Source of the DNA: Eledone cirrhosa
Taxonomy: Eukaryota
Direction: 5' to 3'
DNA length: 64,000 nt
Assembly (NCBI GenBank): GCA_964016885.1
Contig: OZ024742.1
Coordinates: forward strand, 303,490,001 to 303,554,000
Positions within the stretch are counted from its first letter, which is position 1; each line of letters begins with the position of its first letter. The position numbers were made by a program, and so were the translations under genes. Positions 24,361 through 40,041 of the stretch are shown here, in pieces. The notes beneath the pieces are model-generated. The model was not told the origin of the DNA. It saw nothing but the letters and a program-made list of their open reading frames with translations, and did not search any database.

Positions 24361-27300
24361 GGCAGATGGCAGAGAAAAACTGCCTACTCTTCCCGATCAA
24401 ATGTAGGCGGCGATGTGATCTTCGCAATGGACACGGTTGACATCCTAATAGGTGCTACGCACGCAATAATCAACAGAATGTTAATGGACTGAAGAAGTCC
24501 GGTCAGAACGGTTTCGTCGCACTTCAGGCATCTCAAATAAATCCGTCTGATAGTACTTCCAAACCTGTAGAATTTGTCTCGAACCGGCAGTACCCTCTAG
24601 TGGCAAGACTAAGCCAGGAATTTCTGAACGTTGTCCATAGTCCCCGGTTCAACGGTTCTCCGGAACAGACTGGTCATTTTAATTTCGTCGAAGCCAAGAG
24701 ACGCTCTGAAAATTCCATCGCTCTTGCCCACCACTTGTCCTCTCTAGAACTCTAGAATGGAATGTCTACTAACCGCATTACGATGAAATATACAAAAAAT
24801 ACGGAGAGATGAGTTTTAAATAGCTAAAATTCGTATCTATGCTGTATTTATTTCGACATCACATTCTTCATATATGAATACACAACAAAACAGTCATCCA
24901 TTCACCATATAATAAAAGATTTTGTAACTTGTGAAAAAACAAAAATAATTTGCCATTTGGTATGTATATTGTTTGTCTCTGCTTATAATAATTATATATA
25001 GTAGGTTGTGTAGCGAGCGGTACAAGACAGTGTTATATAAGCAATAAAGGAAAGATAGGCATGATAAGACTGAGTAGAATTGAAGCAAGAGCGATATTCG
25101 TGAGGTAGAAAGAATCGTTTAAAAAGAGCTGAAAGAAAACGAAATAAATCTTGTTTAACAATGGTACATGTTTTCTGTTTTATTGATAGATTGGGTGAAT
25201 ATAAATGTGTATGTAGGTGGAGTGGAAGTGAAAAGTAAGATCTAAATAATTGGATTTGTTTGTATATATCTGTTCTTACTATACGTGAAGTCTAGGACTT
25301 CTTTTAGCTATTGCTGCCGCATGTTAGGAATGATTGCTATCTGTGAGACTGTACGGAAATAAACAATATGGATTCTGTGTAAGAATTCAGCAGATGTTTA
25401 AACCTCTATATAATCGGAAGCTATGTGCAATTTAAACTGCTATGACGTTCACATCTTCAAACTAATACATTTGTTCTAATGACATCTCTAATCCATCTTT
25501 GTATTCAGTATGTAGAAAGAAAATTGAGGAAATGAAATGACAAAAATATCGAAACAAATATTTCGAAAAGAGGAACTTGATTTTAATACTTTTATCTCTT
25601 TCCTTTTTCCTATAAAAAAAAAGTAAACCATTTGAATATAAAATCACACAAAATCATTTTCACACTATACGGATAAAATGTATCATTATCTAAAAGAAAT
25701 GTTTGAGCTCTGGAATTTGATAGATAAATAATTTAACATAACCTATGGAACATTTTGATGTTGATGAAACATTTCCGACGAAACAGGAAAATATCACAAA
25801 AAATTATTATGTGATCCATAAATTTTGTTATCGAGATATAATTTTAATATCTATATTCCTAAACGTAGAGTTTACATTTATTTTTAATATAGCTCTATAG
25901 GAAAATGGAATGTCATATTTAAAGGCGTTACAAAATGTAAGAATTCACCGTAACAGAATTTAACGTAAACCAAATATATTTTGATTTTATTTATAGTTTG
26001 TGTTTCATTGTATCTTCGATAGTGTAGCTTTCTATGATTTAGTGTATGTAATTTAAGCATATTAGTACATGAATGATCCGTTCCTATTGGCTCATATATG
26101 ATGTAGAACTTCCTCAGAATATCAATAAATTTGAAATCGAATCTTTAAGTTTGGCGGTAAAAATTGTGTGACTGCAATCAATCAAGTAGATAAATGTGTT
26201 AAAGTTTCTCAGATGTAATCAAAATCAAACAAAACTGCTCTCAGAACTATAATTTGACTTCAGACCAGAGAATTGTCTGAAATGGATGCAATTCACGAAC
26301 AGGTTAAATGGACAAAATATCGATAAATATGTTAGATGTCAACAAGAATGTTCAGCAAATTGATTCCACCAAATCATTGTCAATTAACAAGATGAAATTG
26401 CCTGTAAATGAATATTGTAAGCTTATAAATATTTATCAATACACCATTATTATGGTCTAAAAATTTATTCAGTCAATCTCCATTCCTTCAGATAAAATGT
26501 TACGGATAAGTTAAAATTGTTGTAAGCGAATTAAGCAAAAGATTGCTACTGTTAAACCCAACAAAATGTCAATAATTCAACGATTCAATACAAAATAAGA
26601 CAAACAATAATTAGAAGCGCTTCTTATGAAAGATATGTGAATTCATGAAAGCAACGATGGAATTATCTGTTTATATCCTTTTCCTTCAGATATCATTAAT
26701 TTGCAAGGAAAAACATTAATATCGACATATGTTATATAAGAAAACAATTAGGTGTGACATGATAGAAAAGGAGGAAAGTGAAAGAGAGGGGTTAACTGAA
26801 ATAGGGAAACAGCGAGTTACGAGTCAAGGAGGTGTGAAAAACGAGGAATACTGAGATATAATTTCTTTAAGGAAATATTGACTAAGCGTATATATATGCT
26901 AAGAATTCTAAACAAATTGATATTTGGAAATGTTGATAATGTATTTTATTTGTGAACGCAAATAATTTATTAATTTGATTAAAATTTAATCGATCATAAT
27001 TTTATTTTATCGGTGTTAATGTAAAATACTATTTATATACAATATTTTCAGATGAAATGTAACTTGACGCTTGAATTCGATTTTATTTTTAATAACACTT
27101 ACATATATTTTGACATAAATAAATTATATATCTAAGGTCAAAAATGTTGATATACACATATTTCCTCATTTGAAACATGAAGCCTCTCTTATTGTTATGG
27201 ATTTTGAGGTACAGATGTTATAAGCAAGATATAATAACAGGGAAATTAATGCATGATATACGAATTGTGCCTTAATATAAACACTAATAACAACAACAAA

Positions 27301-27726
27301 TTTCGTACATAATTTGCAACGTTGGCGACTAATACGAAGTGATTAAAGAAACATTTAGTGGTACCGATGAAATACTAATACAACAAAATATATTTTGCAC
27401 ATCGAAAGCTGCGTGGGTACATAATGGTAGTGTATAATTGCAATTGATTTAGAGCCGTTCCAAAAGCGGAAACATTTGTCACATGAACAAACATAATTAT
27501 TTGAATAATATATATATATCAATTGAATAATATATATATATTATTCAATTGAGGAAAGTCGGTTGATCCAATAATCCACCGATTGGGTCGTAAACAGACG
27601 TAAAATACTCTACGACTTGCAATCCTTTAAGTATTATAAATAAGGTACCAACCGGAGTGGTAATATTAAAAGAAGAGAGACGGTTTTAAATATACATACA
27701 TGCATATATATAAAAAATATATATAT

Positions 27727-27899
27727 AACGAAGGACCATAACGCACCAAAGTACTCAATACTTAGGGTAGTAGAGTGGGTAATAGGAACAAGTAAGACCC
27801 CGACGGCTGAGCTCAAGCCGTTTCGACGGCTAGTTCTGGACTGAGTCCAGAATTAGCCGTCGAAACGGCTTGAGCTCAGCCGTCGGGGTCTTACTTGTT

Positions 27900-27905
<6 letters not shown>
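27727..27905 (-). mobile_element. Fold-back fragment of the 'gagctc' pLTR-like family
   Basis: Family tail plus a perfect hairpin centred on ctggactgagtccag. Confidence 0.8.
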
Positions 27906-27953
<48 letters not shown>

Positions 27954-27959
<6 letters not shown>

Positions 27960-29203
27960 GCGGACGGTATTTGAGGACACGTATATTTTTAGTCATTATT
28001 TTATTTGACTAATATTTTTGAAACTTCCATTTCAGAAAATAACAATGAAAATAACTATGCTTACTAATGAAATGAAAAGGCATGCTGTGATTGTGGCTTT
28101 GAAGGCTTAGCATTGTGATTTAGAAATTTCTCGTTTTCTGAAAGTTGCAAGATCTTTTGTCCACAAGATTCGGTGTGAGTTAGAGAAAGAAGATGGAAGC
28201 GTATTACCTGTATCAAACGTAAAAAAACATTCCAAACGCTCTTATTCTATCAGGACACCTGAATTTATTCAGGAAGTTAAGCAAAACATTGATGACAATC
28301 CAGGAAAATCAATGGGGTCAATTGCAAAAGATTTTGCTGTGTCAGAAACAACAATCAGAAACGTTTTGCATGAAGACATCAGATAGAAATCTTACGTGAT
28401 GAGGAGAGGTCCATTTATGTCAGAACAAACAAAAGAAAAGCGTTTAATCAGATCCAAACGACTTTTAAACAAACTTCAAAATCCACTAGAATGATGATGT
28501 GATTTGGTTTTTCTCAGATGAGAAAAACTTTGAGCAGGACCACAAAACTAACAGAAGAAATGACAGGTGGCTATGTGTAGACCCTTCTCAGGTTCCAAGA
28601 ATAATGCACACAACATTTCCTGCAAGTGGCATGGTTTTGGGTGTTGTTAGCAATGAAGGACATGTGATGCCTCCTCACTTTTTCCACAAGGCCTTATGCT
28701 GAATGCTGCTGCATATATTGAGGTTCTGGATAAGATTGTTAAGCCTTGGATCAACTTTGTATGCAATGGACGGCCTTATGTCTTTCAACAATATTCTGCA
28801 CCATCACACAAGGCTAAAATAACACAAGAATGGATGGCTGATAATTTGCATGATTATATCACCCCCAACATTTGGCGTCCTAATTATCCAGATCTCAATC
28901 CACTGGACTATGTATGGAGCACCGTTGAGAAAAATGTCAATGAACACCCCCATAGCACCAAAGATTGTTTGAAGGCTGCCATAATTCGAATCATGTCCGA
29001 TATGAACAAGGACCACTTAATCCGAGCTTGAAAATGATTTAGACTCCGTATAGAGGCAGTTATGGTGGTTCTATTGCATGAAACTATTAAATTGATAATT
29101 TAGCTTTATGTTTATGTTATTTTTATAAGAATACAGCTTTTTTCTGTTATATAAGCGTTTTTTTTAAACCATAGATCTGACCTCAAATACCGTCCGCACC
29201 TTG
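27954..29203 (+). mobile_element. Tc1/mariner DD37D (maT) transposon, decayed
   Basis: TIRs (t/c)a(g/a)ggtgcggacggtatttgagg at both ends with TA flanks. FSDEKNF motif; 37 residues between the second catalytic position and the D of NPLD. Contains stops and frameshifts. Confidence 0.92.
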
Positions 29204-30056
29204 TATAATAAAATGTAGTTTGCTTGAAGCATTGTAGATAATGAACAACGTTGAAGGAGATAGAAGGCTAGACAATGCAAAATGGACGGTAAAATGAGGT
29301 AACGAAAAGCAAGTTACCTGGTAATCTTTGTTTTGTTCCAATATTTCGGGACCTACAAGTCCCTTCTTCAGCGTTTAAGGATCTATGTTGAATCTGTCAA
29401 TGTACATAATTAGTAAATCTATGTTGTTGCTTACATTCACGTACATATAATAAAATTTCAGTCAGCAGGCAATTCAATAACATGTCAATTTTTGTAGTTT
29501 ATATAAGATTGTTACAAATCAATCGTTTTCACATACATAGAAATCAATAAAACCCGTTGCATTTTTTAAAGTTATCTTCTCTTACATATCTTCTCTTACT
29601 TTAATTACAGAATCTGAACTAACTGGATCAACTAATTTATCTAGAGTTAATTAAAGAATTTCTACTCCTTTAATTTACGAAATCCTTATTATAAAGACCA
29701 CTAATGCTTGGTAGCATATTTGTGCCATCAATTATATTTGAGTTCTTTCTTCAAAAGGCATCATGAACTAAGTTTGAAGCAGATAAAATAGTGGTTAGTT
29801 GCCATATGCAGTCAGAGGTATTGTTCGGTCTGATAATAGATGATTATTCAGAAAGAGTCTATATATAATATGTAGTTGCGCTCCAATCCTCACACACAAA
29901 CTGCAATTGAACTTACCGTTGGACAATTTCCACTGGAGGCAGAAACCTAGAGAAGAAAGTATTGCAAGGTATTTAACCATTTGTAAAACCACAACAAAGA
30001 TGTGTCGTGTCTTGTGTAATTTTCAGACGATACAGGACTAATGATAGAGTGAGATT

Positions 30057-30090
<34 letters not shown>

Positions 30091-30092
<2 letters not shown>

Positions 30093-30487
30093 CGAAGGAA
30101 ATGTGGTAAGGAACCAGATAGACCATAACGCACCAAAGTACTCAATACTTAGGGTAGTAGAGTGGGTAATAGGAACAAATATGACCCCGACGGCAGAGCT
30201 CAAGCCGTTTCGACGGCTAATTCTGGACTAAATAAGAATTTTTAGCCCGGTAAATAAATAGCCGAACTTCTCAGGGAGTAATTCCATACATGGGAAGATA
30301 GTAATTGTCAGGAGGATTGGTCAAAAATGTGTTGTAAAGACAGTTGATTCTATCATGGCATTTAGTGGAAGGTAGGGTAGGGGTAGCTGAACTTGCCGGT
30401 AGAACAAAGAGGGAGTGGGGAAAGCCCAGTCAAACGTTGAAAGTGAAATCTATACAGCAGATTCTAAGGATAGTGTATAGAAGGTCG
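30091..30487 (-). mobile_element. 'gagctc' pLTR-like family copy with HHR-like motif
   Basis: Near-identical to 33965-34283. Minus strand reads actcc-CTGAGAA-g..c-GAAAC-ggc..gcc-GTC-ggggt. Confidence 0.75.
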
Positions 30488-30929
30488 TTTTTACAGCTTT
30501 TAGGGATTTTTTGAGGCGTTACGTCAGACCGATTTCCTTGAAATTGTAAATATGTATTAGTCAGTCTCTTTTCATATCGTGAGCAAAGAAATATCAACTT
30601 TTTTATGGCCTAGGGTCGGCATTAGGTGAAAAACTTAATTTGTTCAGCTTTTTAGGGCTTTTTTGAGGCGCTACGATTTTCCCGAAATTCCAAGGCATAT
30701 TATGCACATAAACAAATTCATTTTCTTGATCCCCTAGGGCCGCATTAGGTGAACATCTGCATTCTTCCTGCTTCGCTGGGGGAAGATCTTAAAGATTATC
30801 CAGCCATCAGAGTATTCGGTTTATTTTCTTTACATATTGTCTAGGCATGCAGTTTTTCCATGATTAGGTCTGTTGGCGGCGCGCGTTCCAAAATACCTTA
30901 TCCCGTGCAACGCTGGGTACCATTGCTAG
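30487..30929 (+). mobile_element. Non-autonomous Helitron 3' portion
   Basis: Ends in a cccgtgcaacgctggg hairpin followed by CTAG|T. Internal sequence is related to 34720-34894. Confidence 0.65.
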
Positions 30930-31654
30930 TAGATAATAATTACAAGAGCAAGAACTTATTTTAGCCATGCAACAATAACAAAAAAATGAAAATATACTCT
31001 AGGATCGATATCATTTTAATGTAACGTGGATAAACCGGTTTAAGCAATCTAAAACACATGACGTCAGTAATGTATCCCCAGCTAAATGTTGGTGATTAGG
31101 TGTGACAGGGTTTCCATTTACGAAATGTTGATAATACAGGGTTATTTTGAATAATTGTTTTATTACATTATGTATATTTCAATGTCAGTTTAATGCTATC
31201 GCTTTATCATTAACAGTTTCCATGTGACATCATCAGATGCTCATAAAATTATCAGGTATTGTTATATAAGTATGCATATGAGATACTGAATCTTCTTTTT
31301 TAATAATTTCTAGTGCCGGATGTCTCTACCTTCTTATTGGTGGGATTTGTAGGCTCTGAGAATAGATCCTTAATGTCATTGTTGACAGATTTACTACTAC
31401 TAGCGCGGTGTATTGTTCAATCTCCAGATTTCATGATGATAAGTGGTCAATCATGCCTGGATATATTCGTTGGTCACCATCCTTTTATCATTACAACGCC
31501 GCCGCTGGTGCCCCAGCAATTTTAACAATAAAGACAGCAGATCTCCAATTCTCTATTCACACGAAGTCGTTTTGCTCACTGATTCACGTGTAAGGGTACA
31601 TACTAGTTTGTTGGGTTTGTATTTTAATAATATAGACTTTTTCAAGGGAGTGAT

Positions 31655-31773
31655 GAAACGATCGAGGAAGTGTTAATTCTATTCGATAAGCTTCGTTTAA
31701 TAATTATATATATATATAAATCTAATTATTAAACGAAGCTTATCGAATAGAATTAACACTTCCTCGATCGTTT
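31655..31773. repeat. ~50-bp-arm inverted repeat around (TA)n
   Basis: aaacgatcgaggaagtgttaattctattcgataagcttcgtttaataatta and its exact reverse complement. Confidence 0.9.
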
Positions 31774-31780
31774 ATATATA

Positions 31781-32225
<445 letters not shown>

Positions 32226-32248
32226 GTATATATATATATATATATATA

Positions 32249-33475
32249 CAAGGTGTGGACGATATTTGTTCGCAGTTTTCAACTGGTAATTTTATTCATA
32301 AAAACAGTGACTATATTTCCATTATTTATTTTCAGAATAATTGATTATGAATAATTTTGAACCTCCAAATTTGTGGAAGAGACACGGAGTTCTTCTTGGA
32401 ATCCGTTCCGCGAGGACAAATAAGGAAATTTCAGACTTTCTCAGAGTCAGCAGGAGAATGGTGGAAAAGTTCAGATTGGAATTGAAAGATTCAGGATTCG
32501 ACTACGAAGCAACATCAGAGAGGAAAATACATTATCGACGATCGGACGCTTTCAGAACGCCCGAGTTCGTCGTTGAAGTTCAGGATATCATCAACAATGA
32601 AACTAGCAAGTCGATGAGTGTCATTGCAAGGGAGAAAGGCGTGGATGAAAAGCTCATTAGGATGGTGGTACATGAAGACATTCGCTACGTTTCATACAAG
32701 ATGAGGAAAGAACAATTTCTGTCAAGGGCCATGCAAGAAAAGCGACTGAAGCACCCAAACAAGCTGATCAACAAGTTAAAACACCCACTAGGGCCAGACA
32801 TGCCGTGGTTTTTCTCCGACGAGAAAAACTTCTTCCAAGACTAGAATATCAACTCCCAGAACAACAGGTGGCTCGCTGTCAATCCAAAGACGTGCCCAGT
32901 GTCATGCAGACAAAGTTCCCAGCAACAACATTGGTCTTAGCTGTCGTCAGCAGTCAAGTTGACGTCATACCACCTCACTTCTTCCCTGAGGGCCTCAAGC
33001 TGAACACCGATGGCTACATCCGCGTTCTGAGCGAGGCAATAAAGCCCTGGATCGACCAGGTAGCTGCAGGTAGGCCGTACATGTGGCAGCAAGACTCAGC
33101 GCCCTGCCATACCAGCGGAAAGACCCAAGCCTAGCTGTCAGAGAAATTCGTCGACCACACTTTACCTGACATCTGGCCTCCCAGCCCGCTTGACTGCAAC
33201 CCCCTCGACTTCTTTGTGTGGGGCGGAGTGGAACGAGACACCAACATATCTAGCTGCAATACGAAAGACGATCTGAAGGCCAGGATCACCAGTTCCTAAT
33301 TCGGTGGACAGTGACGGTGGCCTGTAGCCGGTTCCGAGGCCGCCTTAAGGCCGTCATCAAAGCCAATGGCGGGTTTATCGGGTGAGTTCGAAAGAACAAG
33401 TCATGAAGACAAACTGACCCAAGTTTTATAAATAAATCTTAAAAAATAAAACTACTGTGTTACTTTTTCCTAGAT
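32249..33475 (+). mobile_element. Second DD37D (maT) mariner, decayed, right TIR not found
   Basis: TA|caaggtgtggacg left end. FFSDEKNF, QQDSAPCH..WPPSPLDCNPLD with 37-residue spacing. Contains stops and frameshifts. Confidence 0.88.
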
Positions 33476-33715
33476 AGTAATATATATATATAAGGAAGGA
33501 AGTGTGGTAAGGAACCAGGTGGACCATAACGCACCAGAGTACTTGATACTTAGGGTCGTAGAGTGGGTAATAGGAAAAGAGTTAGGACTCCGATGACTGA
33601 GCTGCGTTCGGATCTAGCTGTCGAAACGGCCGGAGCTCAGCCGCCGAGATACTGACTCTTTTATATATATTATAGATTTCCTATATATATTATAGATTTC
33701 CTATATATATTATAG

Positions 33716-33809
<94 letters not shown>

Positions 33810-33827
33810 CGGGGTCATATTTGTTCC

Positions 33828-34700
<873 letters not shown>

Positions 34701-34719
34701 ACAACTAAGAATGTTATAA

Positions 34720-34894
34720 TTCTAGGAGATCAAAAAGTTGAATTGTATGTCCTTAACACTCCCTGAAACATAAGTAATACACATGTAAAATTTGAAAAAA
34801 ATTGGTTGGGTACTTCTCGAGTTTTAGGGATTTAAACTCACAGACACACATACACACACACACAGACATACATCCTCAGTTTTATATATAGAGA
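34720..34894 (-). mobile_element. Non-autonomous Helitron 5' portion
   Basis: Minus strand begins A|TCTCTATATATAAAA followed by a (TG)n tract. Shares a ctagg.gatcaa.aa..tgaatt segment with 30715-30740. Confidence 0.55.
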
Positions 34895-35564
34895 TAATGT
34901 GCATATTCCTAGAGTTTTCGTATAATGTGTGCTGTGTCATGATTTAAATGTTATAACTATAGTAGGTTATTTTCTTTTGTTTTATAATACTTTCCATACG
35001 TTGTTAATGGAAGAATTCTGAATGTCCTTCTATGGAGAGGAAAGATATTTGAGGGTATTCACCTATCTAAATCTAAGTCTTCAAACATTGAATGTCTTTG
35101 GTTTTATTTTACTGTAACATTTGAATGCGGTCTTAAATCTTCGAATGCTTCACTGTAACGTTTCTAATGTCGTATATATCAACGCATAGCTATATTCTTA
35201 TTATTCGCGAAGAATATCCACACACATACTGCTGATAGCTTTCCTCTGTAGACTCGTGGGATGACATTCTGTACAGCTCATTCCCCATAGCATAATTACA
35301 AAATATCTATACATGAATACGTTAGGACATAAATTTGAATCTACAAAGGTGTGGTAGTAAGTCTAAATTATAGAAAATATTATTGGTCGACAGCAACTAG
35401 GTTCTGAACATTAGTCGTTTCTAGAGATAATATTGTTGTTATGATGCCTATGACGAACATGTTTGGCCAGACTAGGAAGAGGTGGTGCGTTCATATGTGT
35501 GTGTGATAATTCGTTATGTCTTAAATCTTACTAACAGATGTGTTACCATTTTTTATACTGTAGG

Positions 35565-36724
35565 TATAAAAGTAGGTGAGTGGCTGCATGACTTCTTAAA
35601 GGACAGAAGCCAGACAGTTGTAGAAAATGGGGCCCTCTCAAAGGAAACATCAACAACAAGTGGGGTGCGCCAAACACAGATTTGGGACCACTACTGTTTT
35701 TGCTGGCTCTATCAGACATCCTCTCTATAGTACATACAACATACCTCATTAGCTATGGTGCTGACACTAAGGTAGCACAGGCATTCAAAAACCCGGCTGA
35801 TGCCGCCCTTTTACAACAAGATCTGGATGCCATATACAAATGGTCTGAAGACAACAAAATACAGTTAAATGCTGGAAAATGTCAAGCCCTATAATACCAA
35901 CCTGCAAACACAAATACAGTACAACACAGTTACATTGGATAAGGAAGGACCTAAATTCCCGTGTCGAAAACGATACGAGACCTGGGAATAGACATGAGCG
36001 ACGCTGAATCTTTTTCCTCACACATCGTGAAAGTGGTGACAATGTGCAGACGACTCGCTGGCTGGATCTTGAGGACTTTCCGGACAAGAGACCGAGAGAC
36101 CATGTTAACACTATGGAGGACATTTGTCCTAAGCCGCCTGGACTATTGCTTCCAGCTGTGGTCACCCCATAGTGTCAAAGTAACCACGGAGCTTGAGGCA
36201 ATCCAACGAAGCTACACCAAGAGGATTGACACGATGAAGGAGATAAGCTATTGGGGAGTCTAAAAGAACTGAACCTCTACTCCTTGGAACGAAGACCGGA
36301 GAGATACACAGTGAGATACATATGGAAAAACGTGGAGGGACTAGCACCAAACGTTGGCATTGGGAGCTGGACCAACCCCCGAACAGTACATCACTGTGTG
36401 GTGCCAAAGGTCCCGTCTTTCACATCTAGAATAAGGAGCAGATATTGCAATAGCCTGGGATTCAAGCGCTCTCAACTCTTCAACAAGCTGCCGAGGGATC
36501 TAAGAGATATGTATGGTGTAGACGTGGATGTTTTCAAGAAACATTTCGACACCTTGCTAATTAGGATCCCGGATGAGCCCACGGCAAGGCACGAGGGATA
36601 ACTATGGGCAGCAGCAACGAACTCCCTCTTGCACCAGTGGCCAACCAATACAGGCTGGAGATAAAAAAGTGTAGCAACAATGGTGGTGCCCCAGCATGGT
36701 CTCAGCCGGATGGCTGGAACAAAT

Positions 36725-36728
<4 letters not shown>
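35565..36728 (+). mobile_element. CR1-group LINE 3' fragment (decayed RT)
   Basis: SGV..GPLLFL..Y(G)ADTK, RDLGI, LDYC.LWSP, LYSLERR motifs. The 3' tail gtggtgccccagcatgg..ggctggaacaaataaaa also occurs inverted at 19198-19250. Confidence 0.85.
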
Positions 36729-36768
<40 letters not shown>

Positions 36769-36824
36769 TATAGGAGGACACATAGCAGGTTTTTTTTTAC
36801 AAACAGCTAGCGAATTTGAAAATA

Positions 36825-37115
36825 GTAACATGTGCTTACGCCGTAATTGATTAAAATATAATTAGTCTGTTAGTTGGCATTTTAAAAAACCCTCTGAATA
36901 CTCATACATGCTATGGTTATATAGTTTCTAATTGAATGGAATGCAGTATGGTTGGCGTGTTGGTGTAATGGTAACACAGTCAGAAAACCAAAGATGTGGG
37001 TTCGTGTCCCATGTGCGTGAAAACTCATCCTTTTTTCCATTCAGAGTTTTTTTTTAAATTCCAACTAACAGACTAATTTTATTTAATCAAATACGGTGTA
37101 AGTATATGTTACTAC
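36825..37115 (+). mobile_element. Diverged tRNA-headed fold-back element
   Basis: gtgttggtgtaatggtaacacag..gtgggttcgtgtcccatgt between inverted arms 36825-36900 and 37040-37115. Confidence 0.65.
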
Positions 37116-37149
37116 CTATATATATATATATATATATATATATAAGAGA

Positions 37150-40041
37150 GTATTGAAGTATGCTTGAAGCATTGTGGAATAATAAGGTAAATTTCTTTAA
37201 GTCGTTTGGCAGCCTCGACAATGCAGATGGGTAAATCTCCGGGTAACAAGATCCGATGGTGGAGAGAGAGATGTAAGTGGGTGTACGTTGAGATGCGTGG
37301 CGTGTATAAGACTGTAACGTGTAGAGGAATGAAGGAAAGAGCGTAAAGGATAAACATAAACATAACAACACGAGAAAGAGTTACCTTGGGAGAGATTTAA
37401 TTATCCCTATATATTTCGGATTCAGATCCATCAACTGGGGTATTTTCGGGGGGGGGGGGTTGTCTGCCGGAAAGGTGCGAAACATCTCCTTCGCTGTTCG
37501 TTGTTTTGAATATCTGAGGTGTTCAGCAGAGCGCGCGTGCGCGTGAAATGGGGTCGGTCAGGCAGAGGTCAGCGGCCAAAGTAGTTCTTTCAATTGTGGG
37601 AGTGGGGTGTCGCTAGCTGTCAGTCCATTCTCTGTCTGTTTGGTGAATGTTACTGTGTGTGTGTGTGTGCGTGTGTTGTTGTCTCGCTTGAGTGTGTGTG
37701 TTTCCGTGTGTTGTTGCCTTGTTCCTCTGTATTGGCAGTGTAATATGTTCGTATGGTGGAATGCTACTGTGTGTGTGTGTGTGTATGTGCTGCTGTCTCG
37801 CTTGTGTGTGTGTGTGCGCGTGCTGCTGCATCGTTTGTTAACTTAAACCAACCACCTCATTTCGCTTCTGTCGGATCGGTTGTTTAATTGTGGCTCTAGG
37901 CGTTTGATCGAAAGTGCTTCCTTGATACGTAACGTGCCGACGTTTCTTTCTGTCGCTAGAATTGTGACAATGGGCCTTCCGTCTTCTTTTCCGCATTTGG
38001 CTGTGTTTCCGGAAAGACGAGGCCCTGGTTTTAGTGTGTTATTTGATCCGGATGTGCAACGGCCGTATTGTGCTACCTATATAGTATTGGTTGCACTTGT
38101 TACATTCTATCTTATACACGACGTATGTGCGTAGGCAACTGTTCGCAAGGCACATCGGGAAGTCTCTGAGGGAGCACGCGTCAGTTGATTTCCCGAGTTT
38201 CCTGGAGAGGCATCTTTGCAGGGAGGGGCCCGAGTGGACCAGGTGGATGTCGAGGACCTCCCTCCGTATAACCTTGCGGATAGCGTTGGTGGTATTCTCG
38301 CCCAGGTGTGGCATTTTAAGGAAGCACTTGCCTTGGGTGCCTCTCTGTCTCTTGTGTCTGGTGTCTCCTACTCTGTCTGTGAGCGAGGTAGGGTACCAGT
38401 TCGTCTACAGCACCTCAGGGAATCGCTTGGTATGAGTGACACCACTCGCGGGATCGCTGCATCTGTTTTTGATTCGCGCGATCTCGTTCGTGATGTATCC
38501 TCTTTTGGCACTGTTAGGGAGGGCGGATTTGTAGTGGACGAACAGGTCCCTGCAGGCTGCCTTTCGATAGAAGTTGCAGTGGATCCCTCCCTGTTCCGTG
38601 ATGTTGATTCGGAAGTCGAGGAGGGCAATTGACTCGTCGTCGTTGGGGTGTTCAAAACTGAAGTCAATGTTCTCGTCCGTGTTGTTGAACGTCTCATAGA
38701 TTCTATTCGCCATGTCTTGGGAAGATGTGAGGATGAGGATATCGTCCACGTACCTTGAGAAAAAGGCGACGGCGTTGGGGTGGCAGGCGTTGAGCGCCTT
38801 GCGCTCGAAGCTGTCTAGGCAAGAGATCGCTAGCACACCCGACAGGCTTGATCCCATGGGCAGTCCCGAGGTTTGTTGGTATGTTTGGTCAAGGAATCCG
38901 AAGTAGGTGTTGTCGACGACGATGGATAGGAGTTGGTGGATGTCAGTGGTGGTGAGCCCGAAGCAATGTAGGTCGGTTGATTGGACGCGTTCCATCAGTA
39001 TATTGAGGGCCGGGAGTGCTATGACCGAGGTGCAGAGAGCGACTACATCAAGGCTGAAGGCATATCTGTTATTCCTTCTGGAGTCGGGATCCATTTGATG
39101 CAGGCGCTTCAACACCTCCTCGGAGCTGTTAACGTGTCCCGGCAAGGTGTCTAAGATGGGTTTGAGTATTCTGGCTAGGAGCCATGAAAGTTTGTAGAGT
39201 GGTTCTTCCACGCTCGATACAATGGGGCTGATCTTCAGGTCGGGTCCCTGTTTGTGTGTTTTCACAAGGTGGCAGACAGCGGGTAGTCTGCTGTTCCTCT
39301 TGAGGAGGTTGTATCTTAGCTTCTTCGGGAGCTTCCGCCGGTCGCAGATGTTGGTCCAGGTGGCGTTGATGTGCTCTTCTATCTGCGCGGGAGTGATTCC
39401 CGTGACATTGGAGTAAAGGTTATCATCGTCAAGGTGTTGAAGGGCCAGGGTGTTGTAGGCCTCTCTGCTGATGACGCAGAATTCTTTTCCCTTGTCGGAG
39501 GGGAAGTAGATGAGGTTCTTCGATTTTAAGTTGGAGAGAGTGGTGAGTTGAGATTTGGTGAGGTTGTGGGTTGTGCGCGTGTGTGTGTGTTTGTGAAGTA
39601 TATCCGAGATGGAGTGTTTTAGCCTGATGAGTTTAGTGTCGAAAGAACTACTTCGGCTTCGGCTGCTGACCTCTGCCAGACCAACCCCATTTCACGCGCA
39701 CGCGCGCTCTGCTGAATACCTCAGATCTTCAAAACAACGAACAGCGGAGGACACGTTTCGCACCTTTCCGACAGACCCCCCCCCCCTCCGAAAAAACTCA
39801 GTTGATGGATCTGAATCCGAAATATATAGGGACAATTAAATCTCTCCCAAGGTAACTCTTTCTCGTGTTGTTATTTTTATTTTTATCCTTTACGCTCTTT
39901 CCTTCATCCCTCTACACATTACAGTCTTATAGATGCCACGCATCTCAACGTACACCCACTTACATCTCTCTCTCCACCACCGGATCTTGTTACCCGGAGA
40001 TTTACCCATCTGCATTGTCGAGGCTTCCAAACGACTTAAAG

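Noticed and set aside
24360-24760. Host exon or LINE fragment
   Set aside because: GC-richer, but no convincing open frame or motif. Left unannotated.
29338-29375. Minus-strand HHR (CTGAAGA-a-gggac..gtccc-GAAAT) or coding exon
   Set aside because: Stem II is good, but there is no NUH site or stem I partner, so it is at best a decayed remnant. The exon reading is also ambiguous.
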